Shown one piece after another: positions 25,518 to 36,036 of a stretch of 64,000 nt of DNA. The notes beneath the pieces were generated by a model that had not been told where the DNA came from, made no database searches, and saw only the letters and a list, made by a program, of their open reading frames with translations. The stretch's first letter is position 1. Every line of letters starts with the position of its first letter. Source of the stretch: a virus; the IMG/VR virus record IMGVR_UViG_3300037840_000216, positions 1-64,000 of that record. One strand, written 5' to 3'. Made by a program: the position numbers and the translations under genes.

Positions 25518-26735
25518 ATGGCCGTAGATCTCGATGTCGAGTTGCTATCACATTTGCCAGATCCAGAGGCATGGGTTGTGCTCCGTGGTGAGAAATTCCG
25601 CGATGTCTTGATTGAGGATGATGCTGTTCGCACGATCTACCAGTGGGCGGACCAGCACTACCGGGAGCACAAACAGATAGCAACCTCGGCCGTTCTGGAT
25701 GAGGAGTTTGAGATCGATTTCACCACGCCGGAGACGGCCATTGGTGATCTGATCGATCGTATGCGCGAACGCTACATGAAAAACCAAGGCCGCGAGTCTG
25801 TGCGCGCCATTGGGGAGCAGTTCAAAGAGGACCCATCCGGCGTTCCCAAGCTGCTGCTCCAGAAGGGTAAGGAGCTAACCGATCTGCTCACTCGGCACGG
25901 GGAAATGTACGGCACCGGGGATTTTGACCGTACGCTTAAGGGATATTTGGACAAGGCAACCAAAGGACCAGGGCCAAGCCTTGGGTTTAAGACCTTGGAT
26001 GATTATTTTCATGGTCAAAGAGGAATTACCATTTATGCAGGTCCCCCAAAGCATTGGAAGTCGTGGTGTATGGTCAAGGGTGTAATTGAAAACGTCTTTC
26101 AAGGTACCTATCCGTGGCTTTACCCGCTAGAGCTTCCCGCTGAGGAAACGAACATGCGCCTGATCTGTATGATCTCGGACATCCCGTGGCACAAGTACAT
26201 CCACAACACCATCACGCGCGACGAGCAGAAGATGATGAGAGAGATAGCTAAAAACCTGGACGAAATGGGTATATATAAGATTGTCCAGCCACCACAGGGC
26301 GAACGTTCACCTGACGAGTTGATTGGGAAAGCGCAAGATGCCGGGGCAGGTTCAATTTGGGTCGATCAACTTCAGTACGTAGAGATCGGTGGTAAGTCGC
26401 TAGGGGCATGGAATGAGACGGGCAAGTATTGGGAGGTACTTGATCGTTCGCGTAATCTTACAGATGACATTTGTTTTGCTCATCAATTTAATCGCTCTGT
26501 AATAAATGCAGATAAAATGCCTTCGATTCAGCAACTAAAGGGCTCGTCCGCTATAGAGGAGACGGCAACTTTGGTTCTCGGTCTATGGGCTAGTAAAGAG
26601 ATGCGCAAGTCTAAGCGTTTTGAAATCGGTACTCTTGCCTCGCGTAACCATGACTTCTGTAACTGGGAAGTCGAAGTGGATCTGACGCGCCGCTGCAACT
26701 TCGAGATCGTCGGCGTGGTAGAGGACGATGAATGA
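25518..26735 (+). CDS. DnaB-like replicative helicase
   Basis: AGPPKHWKS, LEL, WVDQLQY, AHQFNR, LKGSSAIEETA. Confidence 0.85.
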   Translation: MAVDLDVELLSHLPDPEAWVVLRGEKFRDVLIEDDAVRTIYQWADQHYREHKQIATSAVLDEEFEIDFTTPETAIGDLIDRMRERYMKNQGRESVRAIGEQFKEDPSGVPKLLLQKGKELTDLLTRHGEMYGTGDFDRTLKGYLDKATKGPGPSLGFKTLDDYFHGQRGITIYAGPPKHWKSWCMVKGVIENVFQGTYPWLYPLELPAEETNMRLICMISDIPWHKYIHNTITRDEQKMMREIAKNLDEMGIYKIVQPPQGERSPDELIGKAQDAGAGSIWVDQLQYVEIGGKSLGAWNETGKYWEVLDRSRNLTDDICFAHQFNRSVINADKMPSIQQLKGSSAIEETATLVLGLWASKEMRKSKRFEIGTLASRNHDFCNWEVEVDLTRRCNFEIVGVVEDDE

Positions 26736-27009
26736 GGTCAGGATCACACGACGCAGGAGAGCGGTGGAAGACCCGTCTCCTATCCCTAGCTGGCTAGACA
26801 ACCCTGAGGAGATTGGGCCGTGTCCGTGTGGCAACCCTCCCGACGACGCCTGTATGTTGATCGAGGGCGACGCTCCGCTCAGTAGGTGGTTCCACATGGG
26901 GTGTTTGGACTTCCTGGAGAAAGAGATGGACGAGGAGGAAATCGAGGAAAAGCGCGCCTGGGAACACCATGTGAAACGCATGCAAGAAGGAGAGGACGAC
27001 GATGAGTAG
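26728..27009 (+). CDS. Hypothetical protein (Cys-rich)
   Basis: Overlaps both neighbours. Confidence 0.6.
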   Translation: MNEVRITRRRRAVEDPSPIPSWLDNPEEIGPCPCGNPPDDACMLIEGDAPLSRWFHMGCLDFLEKEMDEEEIEEKRAWEHHVKRMQEGEDDDE

Positions 27010-28102
27010 GCATAAACTGGAGTACCGAGACTTCGTAGATGCCATCGATCTTGACGTTTTCGAGGAGGCGATCGGATTTGAACCTCTAGAACATCGTAAC
27101 GGCGAGGATATCGGCTACTGTCCAGACTTTTGGGGCTTGCATAAGCATGGAGATACAACAGGCAAGTTCGCCATCAATCGCGAGAAGCGCGTCTACCATT
27201 GTTTTGTTTGTTCGGGAGGAACGCTTCTTTCATTGGCTATGGAGCATAACCAGATGGATGAAGAGACAGCGACCGAGTGGCTCTATCAGTTTGCCCATGG
27301 TGACACTCGTACCGACACTGAATTCGTGGATGACTTTATGAAACTGCTCGATGACTACGCGGAGAAGAAGGGTGACAGGATGCCCTACTTCAACGAGCAC
27401 GTTCTGAAACAGTTCGACGCGGCCTACCATGCGCTCGACCTGGATGGTGAGCCTATTTCTTGGTACGAGGAGCGTGGCATCTCCGAAGAGATTCAGCAGG
27501 CGTATCGTCTCTGTTACGGCGCGAACCACAAGAAGGTCGCTCCCATCCGGGGAGGAGAGAAGATCGCTGAGGACTACTTCGGGCCGTGCATTGCCTTCCC
27601 GCACTTCTGGGAGGGCCGACTGGTCGGATGGCAACATCGCTGGCTCAACCATGGCAAAGACACGCCCAAGTGGCTCCCCAAGTACACAAACACCAGCGAC
27701 TTCCCCAAAAAACAGACCCTCTACAACTACGATCGGGCGATCAAACATCCTGCTAGCCGAGTGGTGGTGGTGGAGTCATGCCCAACAGCAGGCTTCCTCG
27801 AAAGCATGAAAATCCCTGCCGTGGGTGCCTTCGGATCGGGGATTACCGAGGGACAGCTACGTCTCTTGCGCCGCTTTACGGAGGGAGTGATCTTCGCACC
27901 CGACAACGACAAGCCTGGTGTCAAGTTCGCCAACATCGGTCGCGCCTACCTAGAGCGCTACATTGACGTGACTGTGCTGAAGCCCGTGGAGCTAGGCGAG
28001 GGTGCCGATCTGGGCGACTATATGAAAACCGATGACCCCGTGGGCAATCTGTACGACCACTTGGAAACAGCCGTAGAGGACGATGTTTTCGGGATCTTCT
28101 GA
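27002..28102 (+). CDS. DNA primase (Zn finger + TOPRIM)
   Basis: CP..H..YHCFVC, VVVES, APDND..G, ADLGD. Confidence 0.9.
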   Translation: MSRHKLEYRDFVDAIDLDVFEEAIGFEPLEHRNGEDIGYCPDFWGLHKHGDTTGKFAINREKRVYHCFVCSGGTLLSLAMEHNQMDEETATEWLYQFAHGDTRTDTEFVDDFMKLLDDYAEKKGDRMPYFNEHVLKQFDAAYHALDLDGEPISWYEERGISEEIQQAYRLCYGANHKKVAPIRGGEKIAEDYFGPCIAFPHFWEGRLVGWQHRWLNHGKDTPKWLPKYTNTSDFPKKQTLYNYDRAIKHPASRVVVVESCPTAGFLESMKIPAVGAFGSGITEGQLRLLRRFTEGVIFAPDNDKPGVKFANIGRAYLERYIDVTVLKPVELGEGADLGDYMKTDDPVGNLYDHLETAVEDDVFGIF

Positions 28103-28115
28103 GAGCTAATAGGTG

Positions 28116-28274
28116 ATGGGATTTACGAAGACACAGAGTGTTGAGAAGGCGGAGGTCTTGACCCCCGATGAACATCAACATATCTTCCAGGGTCTTCGTA
28201 AACTGGGCAAGACCTCAGTAAAAGACCTTACTGAGGTCGAGCGTAAGCGTCTGCTAGACTCTCCATCAGAGTAA
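28116..28274 (+). CDS. Small hypothetical protein (52 aa)
   Basis: MGFTKTQSVEKAEVL...; fills the gap after primase. Confidence 0.45.
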   Translation: MGFTKTQSVEKAEVLTPDEHQHIFQGLRKLGKTSVKDLTEVERKRLLDSPSE

Positions 28275-28356
28275 TCTAGTTCGGTCCAGAAGGATCCTGC
28301 TACACTCATAACGACAACGGCAATCGGGCTATGCCCGGCCAAAGGAGAAAGACTAG

Positions 28357-29442
28357 ATGTCTGAAATTCGACGAGGTTCCGCAGCAATCCAGGACGCAGC
28401 TAAATCGTCCGACGGCGGTGAGTTCCGCCCCTTCCTTCCGTCGATCTACTGGAAGGATGACCAAGAGGAGCATTACGTCCTCTTCCTCAATGAGGTAGAT
28501 GACATGCCGCTCTTCGACATGATCCAGTATATTCCGACGGACAGCGGCTTCTTCCAGGAAACTGTGTCGAAGACCGACCCGTTCTTCGGAGAGCGCGGCG
28601 ATGGATTCGTGGACGATTGGGATGCCACCGTGCGCAAAACCAACGTCGCCATCGCAGTCGAGCTTGAGCCCATCGTGGAGATCGTGAACAAACGTCGCAA
28701 GCCGCGTGGCTTCGAGGTCAAGACAATCGAGTACGAGCGTCGTATCTTCGATGATGACGGCGAGGCTACTGGCGAGACAGAAGAAGTGACCGCTCCGGCT
28801 ATTGGGTATGTAGCCCAGAGCCCGAACAACTTCTTCAACCAGATCAGCAACTATGATGTCAACGAGTATCCGGTCACCGCGACGGCGCTGAAGATTACCC
28901 GCATTGGCAAGGACAAGTCCACGACCTACCAGCTTGTCGGTTATGACGAACTGCCGATCGATCTGTCCAATCTCGTCGGGTACATCGACGGCATCAGCTA
29001 CCTGGGCGACGAGCTAACCCCTCTCCTGGATGAGATCGAGGATCTTTCCCCGGAGGATGCGGCTCTTGCCATCGGCAAGAAGCTCCTTGACAAACGCGAA
29101 GAGGAGTTGATCGATGACGAGCGTTACCAGGAGTTGCTTGGTGGCGTCACGGAGTCGATGGACAAGTTCGGCAACAAGAAAAAGAAAAACAAGAAGGACA
29201 AAGACCCCCCGAGGAGCCGCGCTGCTTCGCGTCGTACGACGAAAGCGAAGGAGGCGGAGCCAGAGGACGCATCAGGAGATGAGCCGGGCGAGCCTGCATC
29301 TGACTCTGAGCCGACCGAGGAGGCGGAGTCTGCTCGCAAAGCGAAAGCGGCCAAAAAAGCAGCTTCGACTAAACAGACTCCTGAGACGCGCATGGCAGAG
29401 TTGCGCGCCAAGGCAGCCGAGAGAGCAGCAGCGCGAAAGTAA
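28357..29442 (+). CDS. Putative ssDNA-binding protein
   Basis: Position in replication module, KITRIG..STTY motif, charged low-complexity tail. Confidence 0.55.
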   Translation: MSEIRRGSAAIQDAAKSSDGGEFRPFLPSIYWKDDQEEHYVLFLNEVDDMPLFDMIQYIPTDSGFFQETVSKTDPFFGERGDGFVDDWDATVRKTNVAIAVELEPIVEIVNKRRKPRGFEVKTIEYERRIFDDDGEATGETEEVTAPAIGYVAQSPNNFFNQISNYDVNEYPVTATALKITRIGKDKSTTYQLVGYDELPIDLSNLVGYIDGISYLGDELTPLLDEIEDLSPEDAALAIGKKLLDKREEELIDDERYQELLGGVTESMDKFGNKKKKNKKDKDPPRSRAASRRTTKAKEAEPEDASGDEPGEPASDSEPTEEAESARKAKAAKKAASTKQTPETRMAELRAKAAERAAARK

Positions 29443-29447
29443 CGCGC

Positions 29448-29894
29448 GTGCTTGATCCGCAAGGACCATATGCCCTATTCACCGATGGGTCGGCCTATTA
29501 CAAAGACGGCTCCGGTGGATGGGCATATGTAATCATCGATCGTTTCGGAAACGAGGAGATTGGCTCTGGCTATGTCTCTGATACAACGAACAATCGTATG
29601 GAGATGCAGGCGTGGATCGAGGGCTTGAATCATTTGGTCGAGACTCTTGGTCCGTGCAGTGTCCTTGTCTACAGTGACAGCCAATACGTAGGAAACGGAG
29701 CTTTGCGTCTATATCCGTCGCCCGATATGGGACGATCAAAAAACCAGGATCTATGGATTGAGATCGATGAGGCCATTGACCAACACCAATCGGTAGAGTT
29801 CGTATGGGTCAAGGGACATCACGAGAGCCGTTACAATCAACTAGTTGATGAGCTAGCCGGAAACGCGAGACGTAATGGTATTCAAGAGATTTAG
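29448..29894 (+). CDS. rnhA: Ribonuclease HI
   Basis: FTDGS, GGWA, TTNNRME, SDSQYV, NQDLW, WVKGH, N..VDELA. Confidence 0.93.
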   Translation: MLDPQGPYALFTDGSAYYKDGSGGWAYVIIDRFGNEEIGSGYVSDTTNNRMEMQAWIEGLNHLVETLGPCSVLVYSDSQYVGNGALRLYPSPDMGRSKNQDLWIEIDEAIDQHQSVEFVWVKGHHESRYNQLVDELAGNARRNGIQEI

Positions 29895-30026
29895 ACGCAG
29901 ACGCATCGAACGAAAACTCTATTGGCTTAGGTGGGAGCAGGATCATTTTGAGTGGTACTGGCCTCCTTCTCGTATGCATACGGAATTGAAAATTCGCTCA
30001 CTCGAAGAACGATTGCTGCGATTTAT

Positions 30027-33000
30027 ATGAGCCTCCATGTACATAGCGAGTACTCCTCTCTTGATGGATGGTCCACGGTCGATGAGATCGCGGAGCGCAT
30101 GCTTGAGATCAAGTGCCCGTTCTGCGGATTGACCGATCACGGCGTAGTCGCGGGTCACATCGAGTTCGACAAAGCCATGCGCAGCCGTGGCCTCAACCCT
30201 GTGTTCGGGGCGGAGCTATACCACGGTGTGAAATTCGATGACCTCAAGAAAAACGAGCGCGACCAGGCGCACCTAATCGCCCTGGCCATGACCGACGAAG
30301 GTCTGCGCAACCTCTGGCGGCTGACCAACGCAACCTCTGATCGGGATCACTTCCATCACGTTGGGCGAGTCACCAACGATGACATCGTGAAGTACAAGGA
30401 GGGGATCATCTTCACGTCGGCGTGCCCGCTGGGGCTTGTGCCACAAGGTCTGCTCAAAGGCGACAGCACGATGCTCAACTGGTACCTCGACAATCTGGGA
30501 GACAATTTCCGCATGGAGATCACCACGTACCCCGGCGATGTCGAGTGGCGCGACTCAGACTCGGAGGACGATGAGGATGTGATTGTCACCCCGCGCCTCA
30601 TCAACGAACTTGTCGTGGATGCTGCGCAGGAGCGCGGTGTCAAGATCACATATGGAGACGACGGCCACTATGCCCGCCCGGACCAGTACGAGGAGCACGA
30701 TATGTACATCGCTGCGCAGACACGGCAGTCGATCTACACGCCGGTCGAGGATCGCAAGATGTGGCACCCGCCTGGAGCCCTGTGCATCAAGGACGAGAAG
30801 ACCGTACGCGAGAACCTTGGCTATCTGCCTGAGTCCGTGGTCGATGAGGCTATCGCTAACACGTACGAGATCGGCGAAGCCGCTGACGCCCACCTACCAG
30901 ACGTAGGTAAAGCGCACATGCCGCTCTTCGTGCCGGGCGACTGCCCGTGGCTCGATGACCCAGAGGAGGACGTAGCTGCGCTCTTCACACGGCTCGTGTC
31001 GGAAGGCATCGAACGGATCTACGCTGGTACGGAGCACGAGGCAGAGGCCGTGGAGAAAGCCATCCACGAGATGGAAGTCCTCATGGAGGACCACCTGGAG
31101 CACTACTTCCTCCTGGCATGGGACGTGATCCAGTTCTGCAAAATGGAAGGGATCAACGTCGGGCCGGGACGAGGGTCGTCTGCCGGTGCGATCGTAGCCT
31201 ACGCGCTCGGTATCACCGACGTGGACCCCCTGCACTACGACTTGTACTTCGAGCGTTTCTGGAACAAGGGGCGCACCGACGGTTTCCCCGACATCGATAC
31301 TGACTTCGCCAAGTCACGACGCGGCGAGATCCTTGACTACCTGATCGATCGCATCGGCTATGAGCGCGTGTGCTCCATCGGCACCATCACTCGCATGAAG
31401 CCTGTGGCTGTCATCGAGAAGCTAGCGATGGCATGCGAGATCGATCATGTGGAAATGGAGCAACTGAAGAAGATCGTCAAGCAAACCAAGGACATCGAAA
31501 TCCACGGCCACGAACAGATCGGTTGGAGCCCTGAGTTCGAGCCTGACAAGGTGATCTACGTCAATAGCTCCACGGAGATGAACCCCGAGGGTGACAAAGT
31601 AGGAGAAGAAATCGATGAGTGGATCGGCTTTGATCAACATCAAGCTCGATCAAAGCGTGCCAAGTTCGTGGCGATGTGTGAACACGCCTGCTCCCGCAAC
31701 AGCAACTACGGCATCCACGCATCGGGCATCGTGGTTGCAGACATCGATCTTTCCGACTACGCTCCAGCTTACCGTCGCGGAGGCAAGGACGGTATCCCGG
31801 CCACGCAGTTCCCCATGTCCACAGTCGAGAAGCGCATGCTCCTCAAGCTTGATGTCCTGGGGCTCAAGACGCTCGATACGCTAGCCGAGTGGGACAAACT
31901 CATGAAGGCCAAAGGCGTCGAGACTGAGTGGTCGGGCCTCGACCTTCAGGACCACCCCGAGGAGATGTGGGACCTACTAGAGGAAGGGTTTGTCTCCGGC
32001 GTCTTCCAGGTCGAGACACCATTGGGTAAGAAACTCGCCGAAAAACTGAAACCACGCTCCATCGAGGAGCTAGCAGTCCTGGGCTCCTTGAACCGACCTG
32101 GCCCGCAGCGCGATGGTGTGCCGAACCGTTACATCGCCCGCATGGAGGGGCGCAGCGAGATCACCTATCCGCACCCGATGCTGGAACAGATCCTCAAACC
32201 GACATACGGACTCTTTGTGTACCAGGAGCAGATCATCAGGTTCATGGGTGCCCTTGGGTACTCGCTAGGCGACGCGGATGCCGTGCGAAAGATCCTGGGA
32301 AAGAAGCACCCGGAGAAGCTGAGTGAAATCTTCGACGGCTTCAACGAGTGGGATAAAAAGGGCTTCCTCGCTGTCGCGATGGAGAAAGGATTCACCAAGG
32401 AGTCAGCGACAGAGGTCTGGAAAGGCATCGAAGGGTTCGCTAGCTACTCGTTCAACAAGAGTCACGCCGTCGCCTACGCGATCATTGGGTTCCGTTGCCT
32501 ATACGCTAAGTACTACGGACCTCAAGAGTTCTACATCGCCTGCATACGCACCGTGGACAAGCAGAAGCGCGCGGAACTCACCCCCGAATACATCAAGGAG
32601 GCTAGGCGTGCCGGAATCAAGGTGCTGCCGCCCGACATCCGTTACTCTCAGGCTCAGGTGGACGTGCATGACGGCAATATCTACTTCGGATTCGGGGATG
32701 TCAAGGGCGTTGGCACAAGCGGAGAGTACTTGGTCACGCTGCGCGACGAGGAGCAGTTCGAGATCGAATCACCCGATGAGTTCGAGGAGATGTTGAAGTG
32801 CTACAACGACATCGAACTGGCCCGCAAGAAGCAAGCACAGGCAAAGGGCGAACCCTTCCCCGCAACCTGGAAGTCACCGAAACAACTACTCAACGAGAAA
32901 AAGCTCTCGCTGATCCACGCCGCCGGGGCCTGGGACGAACTGGAAGAAACCGCTGTAGACCTCAAGACCAAGCAGAAATGCGAGCTTGAGCTACTGAGCG

Positions 33001-33431
33001 TGATCCTCACCGACAACACAGAGGAGATATTGGCTGATCACGAGGAAGAGCTTGAACAGTGCTCGTCGTGGGATCAGGCGGTCATGTCGTGGGAGGACAA
33101 AGAGGATGACCCTGACCAGCACATCGATTGGACATACGAGGACACTGGCGAGGAGGTTCCTATGGCCAAGCGCTACAGGGACTATCGTCTACCTGGTATC
33201 ATCACAGGAGTCAAACCGACGAAGGTCAGGGCTACCGGAAAGGCGATGGGCATCATCACTATCGAGCACGGCAGGCACGAGTTGTCGTTCGCTTGCTTCT
33301 CCAACAAGTGGCCCTCTAACAAGTTCATGTTCAAGCCACACAACGTCGGGATCTTCACGATCCGGCAATCCGCCCCCACCGACAAGCGTGGCGACGGTTA
33401 TCACTTTGAGGCCGGGCGACTGCTAACATGA
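30027..33431 (+). CDS. dnaE: DNA polymerase III alpha subunit
   Basis: LHVHSEYS..DG PHP domain, GPGRGSSAG, PDIDTDF, YSFNKSHA. Confidence 0.95.
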   Translation: MSLHVHSEYSSLDGWSTVDEIAERMLEIKCPFCGLTDHGVVAGHIEFDKAMRSRGLNPVFGAELYHGVKFDDLKKNERDQAHLIALAMTDEGLRNLWRLTNATSDRDHFHHVGRVTNDDIVKYKEGIIFTSACPLGLVPQGLLKGDSTMLNWYLDNLGDNFRMEITTYPGDVEWRDSDSEDDEDVIVTPRLINELVVDAAQERGVKITYGDDGHYARPDQYEEHDMYIAAQTRQSIYTPVEDRKMWHPPGALCIKDEKTVRENLGYLPESVVDEAIANTYEIGEAADAHLPDVGKAHMPLFVPGDCPWLDDPEEDVAALFTRLVSEGIERIYAGTEHEAEAVEKAIHEMEVLMEDHLEHYFLLAWDVIQFCKMEGINVGPGRGSSAGAIVAYALGITDVDPLHYDLYFERFWNKGRTDGFPDIDTDFAKSRRGEILDYLIDRIGYERVCSIGTITRMKPVAVIEKLAMACEIDHVEMEQLKKIVKQTKDIEIHGHEQIGWSPEFEPDKVIYVNSSTEMNPEGDKVGEEIDEWIGFDQHQARSKRAKFVAMCEHACSRNSNYGIHASGIVVADIDLSDYAPAYRRGGKDGIPATQFPMSTVEKRMLLKLDVLGLKTLDTLAEWDKLMKAKGVETEWSGLDLQDHPEEMWDLLEEGFVSGVFQVETPLGKKLAEKLKPRSIEELAVLGSLNRPGPQRDGVPNRYIARMEGRSEITYPHPMLEQILKPTYGLFVYQEQIIRFMGALGYSLGDADAVRKILGKKHPEKLSEIFDGFNEWDKKGFLAVAMEKGFTKESATEVWKGIEGFASYSFNKSHAVAYAIIGFRCLYAKYYGPQEFYIACIRTVDKQKRAELTPEYIKEARRAGIKVLPPDIRYSQAQVDVHDGNIYFGFGDVKGVGTSGEYLVTLRDEEQFEIESPDEFEEMLKCYNDIELARKKQAQAKGEPFPATWKSPKQLLNEKKLSLIHAAGAWDELEETAVDLKTKQKCELELLSVILTDNTEEILADHEEELEQCSSWDQAVMSWEDKEDDPDQHIDWTYEDTGEEVPMAKRYRDYRLPGIITGVKPTKVRATGKAMGIITIEHGRHELSFACFSNKWPSNKFMFKPHNVGIFTIRQSAPTDKRGDGYHFEAGRLLT

Positions 33432-33661
33432 AGGATATGTTGAGGATATTCGTATTGCACTCAAACGGTACATGGACAGTTGATCATCCGCGCCTAAGCG
33501 ATGTACAGACGCCCCCCGAGGTCGTTGAAAAGAAAGAGCTTGATCAAGTGTTGGATGTTTTGTATCAAATGCAACACACGGCTAACTGGACCTTTTCGCC
33601 TAAAAGTAAACTCGTCGAGCGCGCTGAAGCTATTCTTCGAAAGTACAAAAGACTCAAATGA
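33428..33661 (+). CDS. Hypothetical protein
   Basis: ATGA-coupled both sides. Confidence 0.55.
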   Translation: MKDMLRIFVLHSNGTWTVDHPRLSDVQTPPEVVEKKELDQVLDVLYQMQHTANWTFSPKSKLVERAEAILRKYKRLK

Positions 33662-34749
33662 GTAAGCAAACGCAACGAAAAAAGCTAGATGCAATGAAGA
33701 CGAGCGCCATCAGAAACTACGGGCCACGCTCTGCCGCCTTTGGAAGCGAGCACTATGTCTTCAACGCTGTGTCCACGGGCTCCCTCATGCTGGACTACAA
33801 GCTCGGCACCGGGGGCGTCATCTATGGCGGTCTGGTTGAGGTCTTTGGAGCCAACGGACTCGGTAAGAGTAGCGCCCTTCTCTACGGCACGCTCGCCAAT
33901 GTACAGAAGGAAGAAAAGCTCGCGGCCTTGATCGCAACGGAGCCTATCTTCGACAAGAAGTGGGCAGCCAAGCTCGGGCTCGATCCCGACTTCCTCCTCA
34001 TCCTCAGGCCGGAAAACGCGCAAGAGGCATTCGACATGATGCGCGATCTGACGTTCAACACCGATATCGACTTCATCGGTATGGACTCGCTCGGCGCGAT
34101 GGGTAATGAATCGAGCCAGAAAGAGGGCGGTAGGCCAAAGGCGTACGGCATCTCTGGCGAGGTCACGTCTGGGCTCAACGACATCATGCCTCGGGTGTAC
34201 AAGGCCAACAAGGGGATCATGGTCATCAACCAGCAACGCCAGGCTGGGTCCGCGAACGGCAACACCTTCTACGAGTCACCCGGTGGAGAGGCCCTGAAGC
34301 ACCACGCCTGGGTGCGCATCCAGGTCAAGCCTGGGGCGAAGAAATACCAGGTCAAGATAGATGGTGAGGACGTGCTTGCCGGTCGAGAACTGAAGTGTAC
34401 CTTCAAGAAGCCAAGCAAGGTGTCACACCTACTTGGCAAGGCGGCGGAGTTTGACTTCTACACGGTCGAACACCCAGACTTCGAAAACCTGATCGGCATC
34501 GACCAGGTGGGCGACTATGTGAAAGTGGCCAAGGTCACAGGTGTCTTCAAATCACAGGGCTCGTGGCTCGAACATCCCGTGTTCCCCAAAGGGAAAATCC
34601 AGGGCATTCCCAAGGCACGCAAATTCTTCACCAAAGAGCCCGAGGCGATGGAGGCTGTGCGCAAAGATGTGATGAGCGTTATGGTTCAGCAAGAGCTTGA
34701 GGCTCAAGAGAAGTCTGGTCCTCCAACTGACGAGGAGCAGAGCGACTGA
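33658..34749 (+). CDS. recA: RecA/UvsX-like recombinase
   Basis: STGS..LD..LG.GG, EVFGANGLGKS, MDSL, INQ, SPGGEALKH. Confidence 0.9.
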   Translation: MSKQTQRKKLDAMKTSAIRNYGPRSAAFGSEHYVFNAVSTGSLMLDYKLGTGGVIYGGLVEVFGANGLGKSSALLYGTLANVQKEEKLAALIATEPIFDKKWAAKLGLDPDFLLILRPENAQEAFDMMRDLTFNTDIDFIGMDSLGAMGNESSQKEGGRPKAYGISGEVTSGLNDIMPRVYKANKGIMVINQQRQAGSANGNTFYESPGGEALKHHAWVRIQVKPGAKKYQVKIDGEDVLAGRELKCTFKKPSKVSHLLGKAAEFDFYTVEHPDFENLIGIDQVGDYVKVAKVTGVFKSQGSWLEHPVFPKGKIQGIPKARKFFTKEPEAMEAVRKDVMSVMVQQELEAQEKSGPPTDEEQSD

Positions 34750-34861
34750 TGCTGGGAATCAAGCTTTGGTATACGCCTGGCCCTAACGGTTGCATGCGAT
34801 GCGGTGCCCAAACGCGGCTGGCATCACCGGGCTTCTTTACGATGCAACTGTGGTGCGAAAA

Positions 34862-35245
34862 ATGCTTGCTCGAAACGGGGCGAGCGCGATAGCACGTCGA
34901 GGATCGAGCAAGCGCCTCTCCGTAGAACAAGAGCACGCCATTGCTCATATCTACGGAGGCACTGTATCTCCTTCCTCGGGCGGGGCCGCTCATGACTACG
35001 GCGATGTAAGGTGTCCGGGGCTCCTGATAGAGTGTAAGGTCACGATGCAAGAGAAACGCCCCAAGATCCTGAAAGAGTTCGAGAAGATCGCTGCCGAGGC
35101 ATGGGCGGAGGGACGGGACCCTGCGCTCGCGCTGCGTTACTTCGCTCCCGAGAGCATCCTCGCCAACACCGATGGCTGGGTAGACCTCATAGTCCGACGT
35201 GTAGCTGATGATCATCCGCTTGCGCCAGGAGGTGAAGTCGAATGA
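34862..35245 (+). CDS. PD-(D/E)XK Holliday-junction-resolvase-like nuclease
   Basis: E..IA..SSGG..GDV..LIECK. Confidence 0.65.
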   Translation: MLARNGASAIARRGSSKRLSVEQEHAIAHIYGGTVSPSSGGAAHDYGDVRCPGLLIECKVTMQEKRPKILKEFEKIAAEAWAEGRDPALALRYFAPESILANTDGWVDLIVRRVADDHPLAPGGEVE

Positions 35246-36036
35246 TGAAGCTTGACAAAACTCAGATCACCAAAAACCTCAGCAAGAAGTATAAGTACGT
35301 TCCCTATCTGGAGAAGGCGATTGCCACCTTCGAAGATGATTGGCAGTTCGTCTACACCGAAAAGGAACACGACCTATACTGGCACCCTTCCGGTCACTGC
35401 ATGCCACCTGCGACGGAGCTATACGCCATTGCGCAGGAGCAAGCAGAGCGCGAGAACATCTCGGGGTCGGTGCGCAAGGCTTTCCAGGTCGGCCACTTCT
35501 GGCATCAGTGGCTCCAGTACATTACCCTGCACAAGCTGGAGTTCTGCACCCCAGAGGCTATCGAGCGCCGCGTCCTGCGTAGCTGGGGAGGCAAGGAAGT
35601 TGCCAAGGTAGAAATCACCGAGGCAGGTCTGTCGGCAGGTGACTGGAAGCCTGCTCCCTTCCACGCTGTGGCAGGATCGGGTGATGTGGCTCCGCTGGAA
35701 GCTCCCGGCTGGACTGGCATTGTGGACTACAAGACCATGAACGCCAATAGCTTTGCGCAACAGAGGATTCCCGAGCGCTTCAACGCTAAGTATGAGTGTC
35801 AGATCAACATCTACATGGACCTCTTTGATCAGGCGCAGGCGATCATCTTGCCGATCAATAAGGACACAGGTGATTTCAAGGAGTTTTTGTACGAGCGCAA
35901 CCAAGACTTGATCGACACTATCTACGAGAAGTGGGAATTCGTGAGCGCATGCATTTCGGCTGAATCTGCACCTACAATAGATGATGACGGATTCTTCGAT
36001 ATCGATTCTCTCCTCACAGGACCAGTCTCAACGTGA
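35242..36036 (+). CDS. RecB/Cas4-like PD-(D/E)XK exonuclease
   Basis: HPS..C, G..WH, GSGD, VDYKT, QINIYM. Confidence 0.75.
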   Translation: MMKLDKTQITKNLSKKYKYVPYLEKAIATFEDDWQFVYTEKEHDLYWHPSGHCMPPATELYAIAQEQAERENISGSVRKAFQVGHFWHQWLQYITLHKLEFCTPEAIERRVLRSWGGKEVAKVEITEAGLSAGDWKPAPFHAVAGSGDVAPLEAPGWTGIVDYKTMNANSFAQQRIPERFNAKYECQINIYMDLFDQAQAIILPINKDTGDFKEFLYERNQDLIDTIYEKWEFVSACISAESAPTIDDDGFFDIDSLLTGPVST

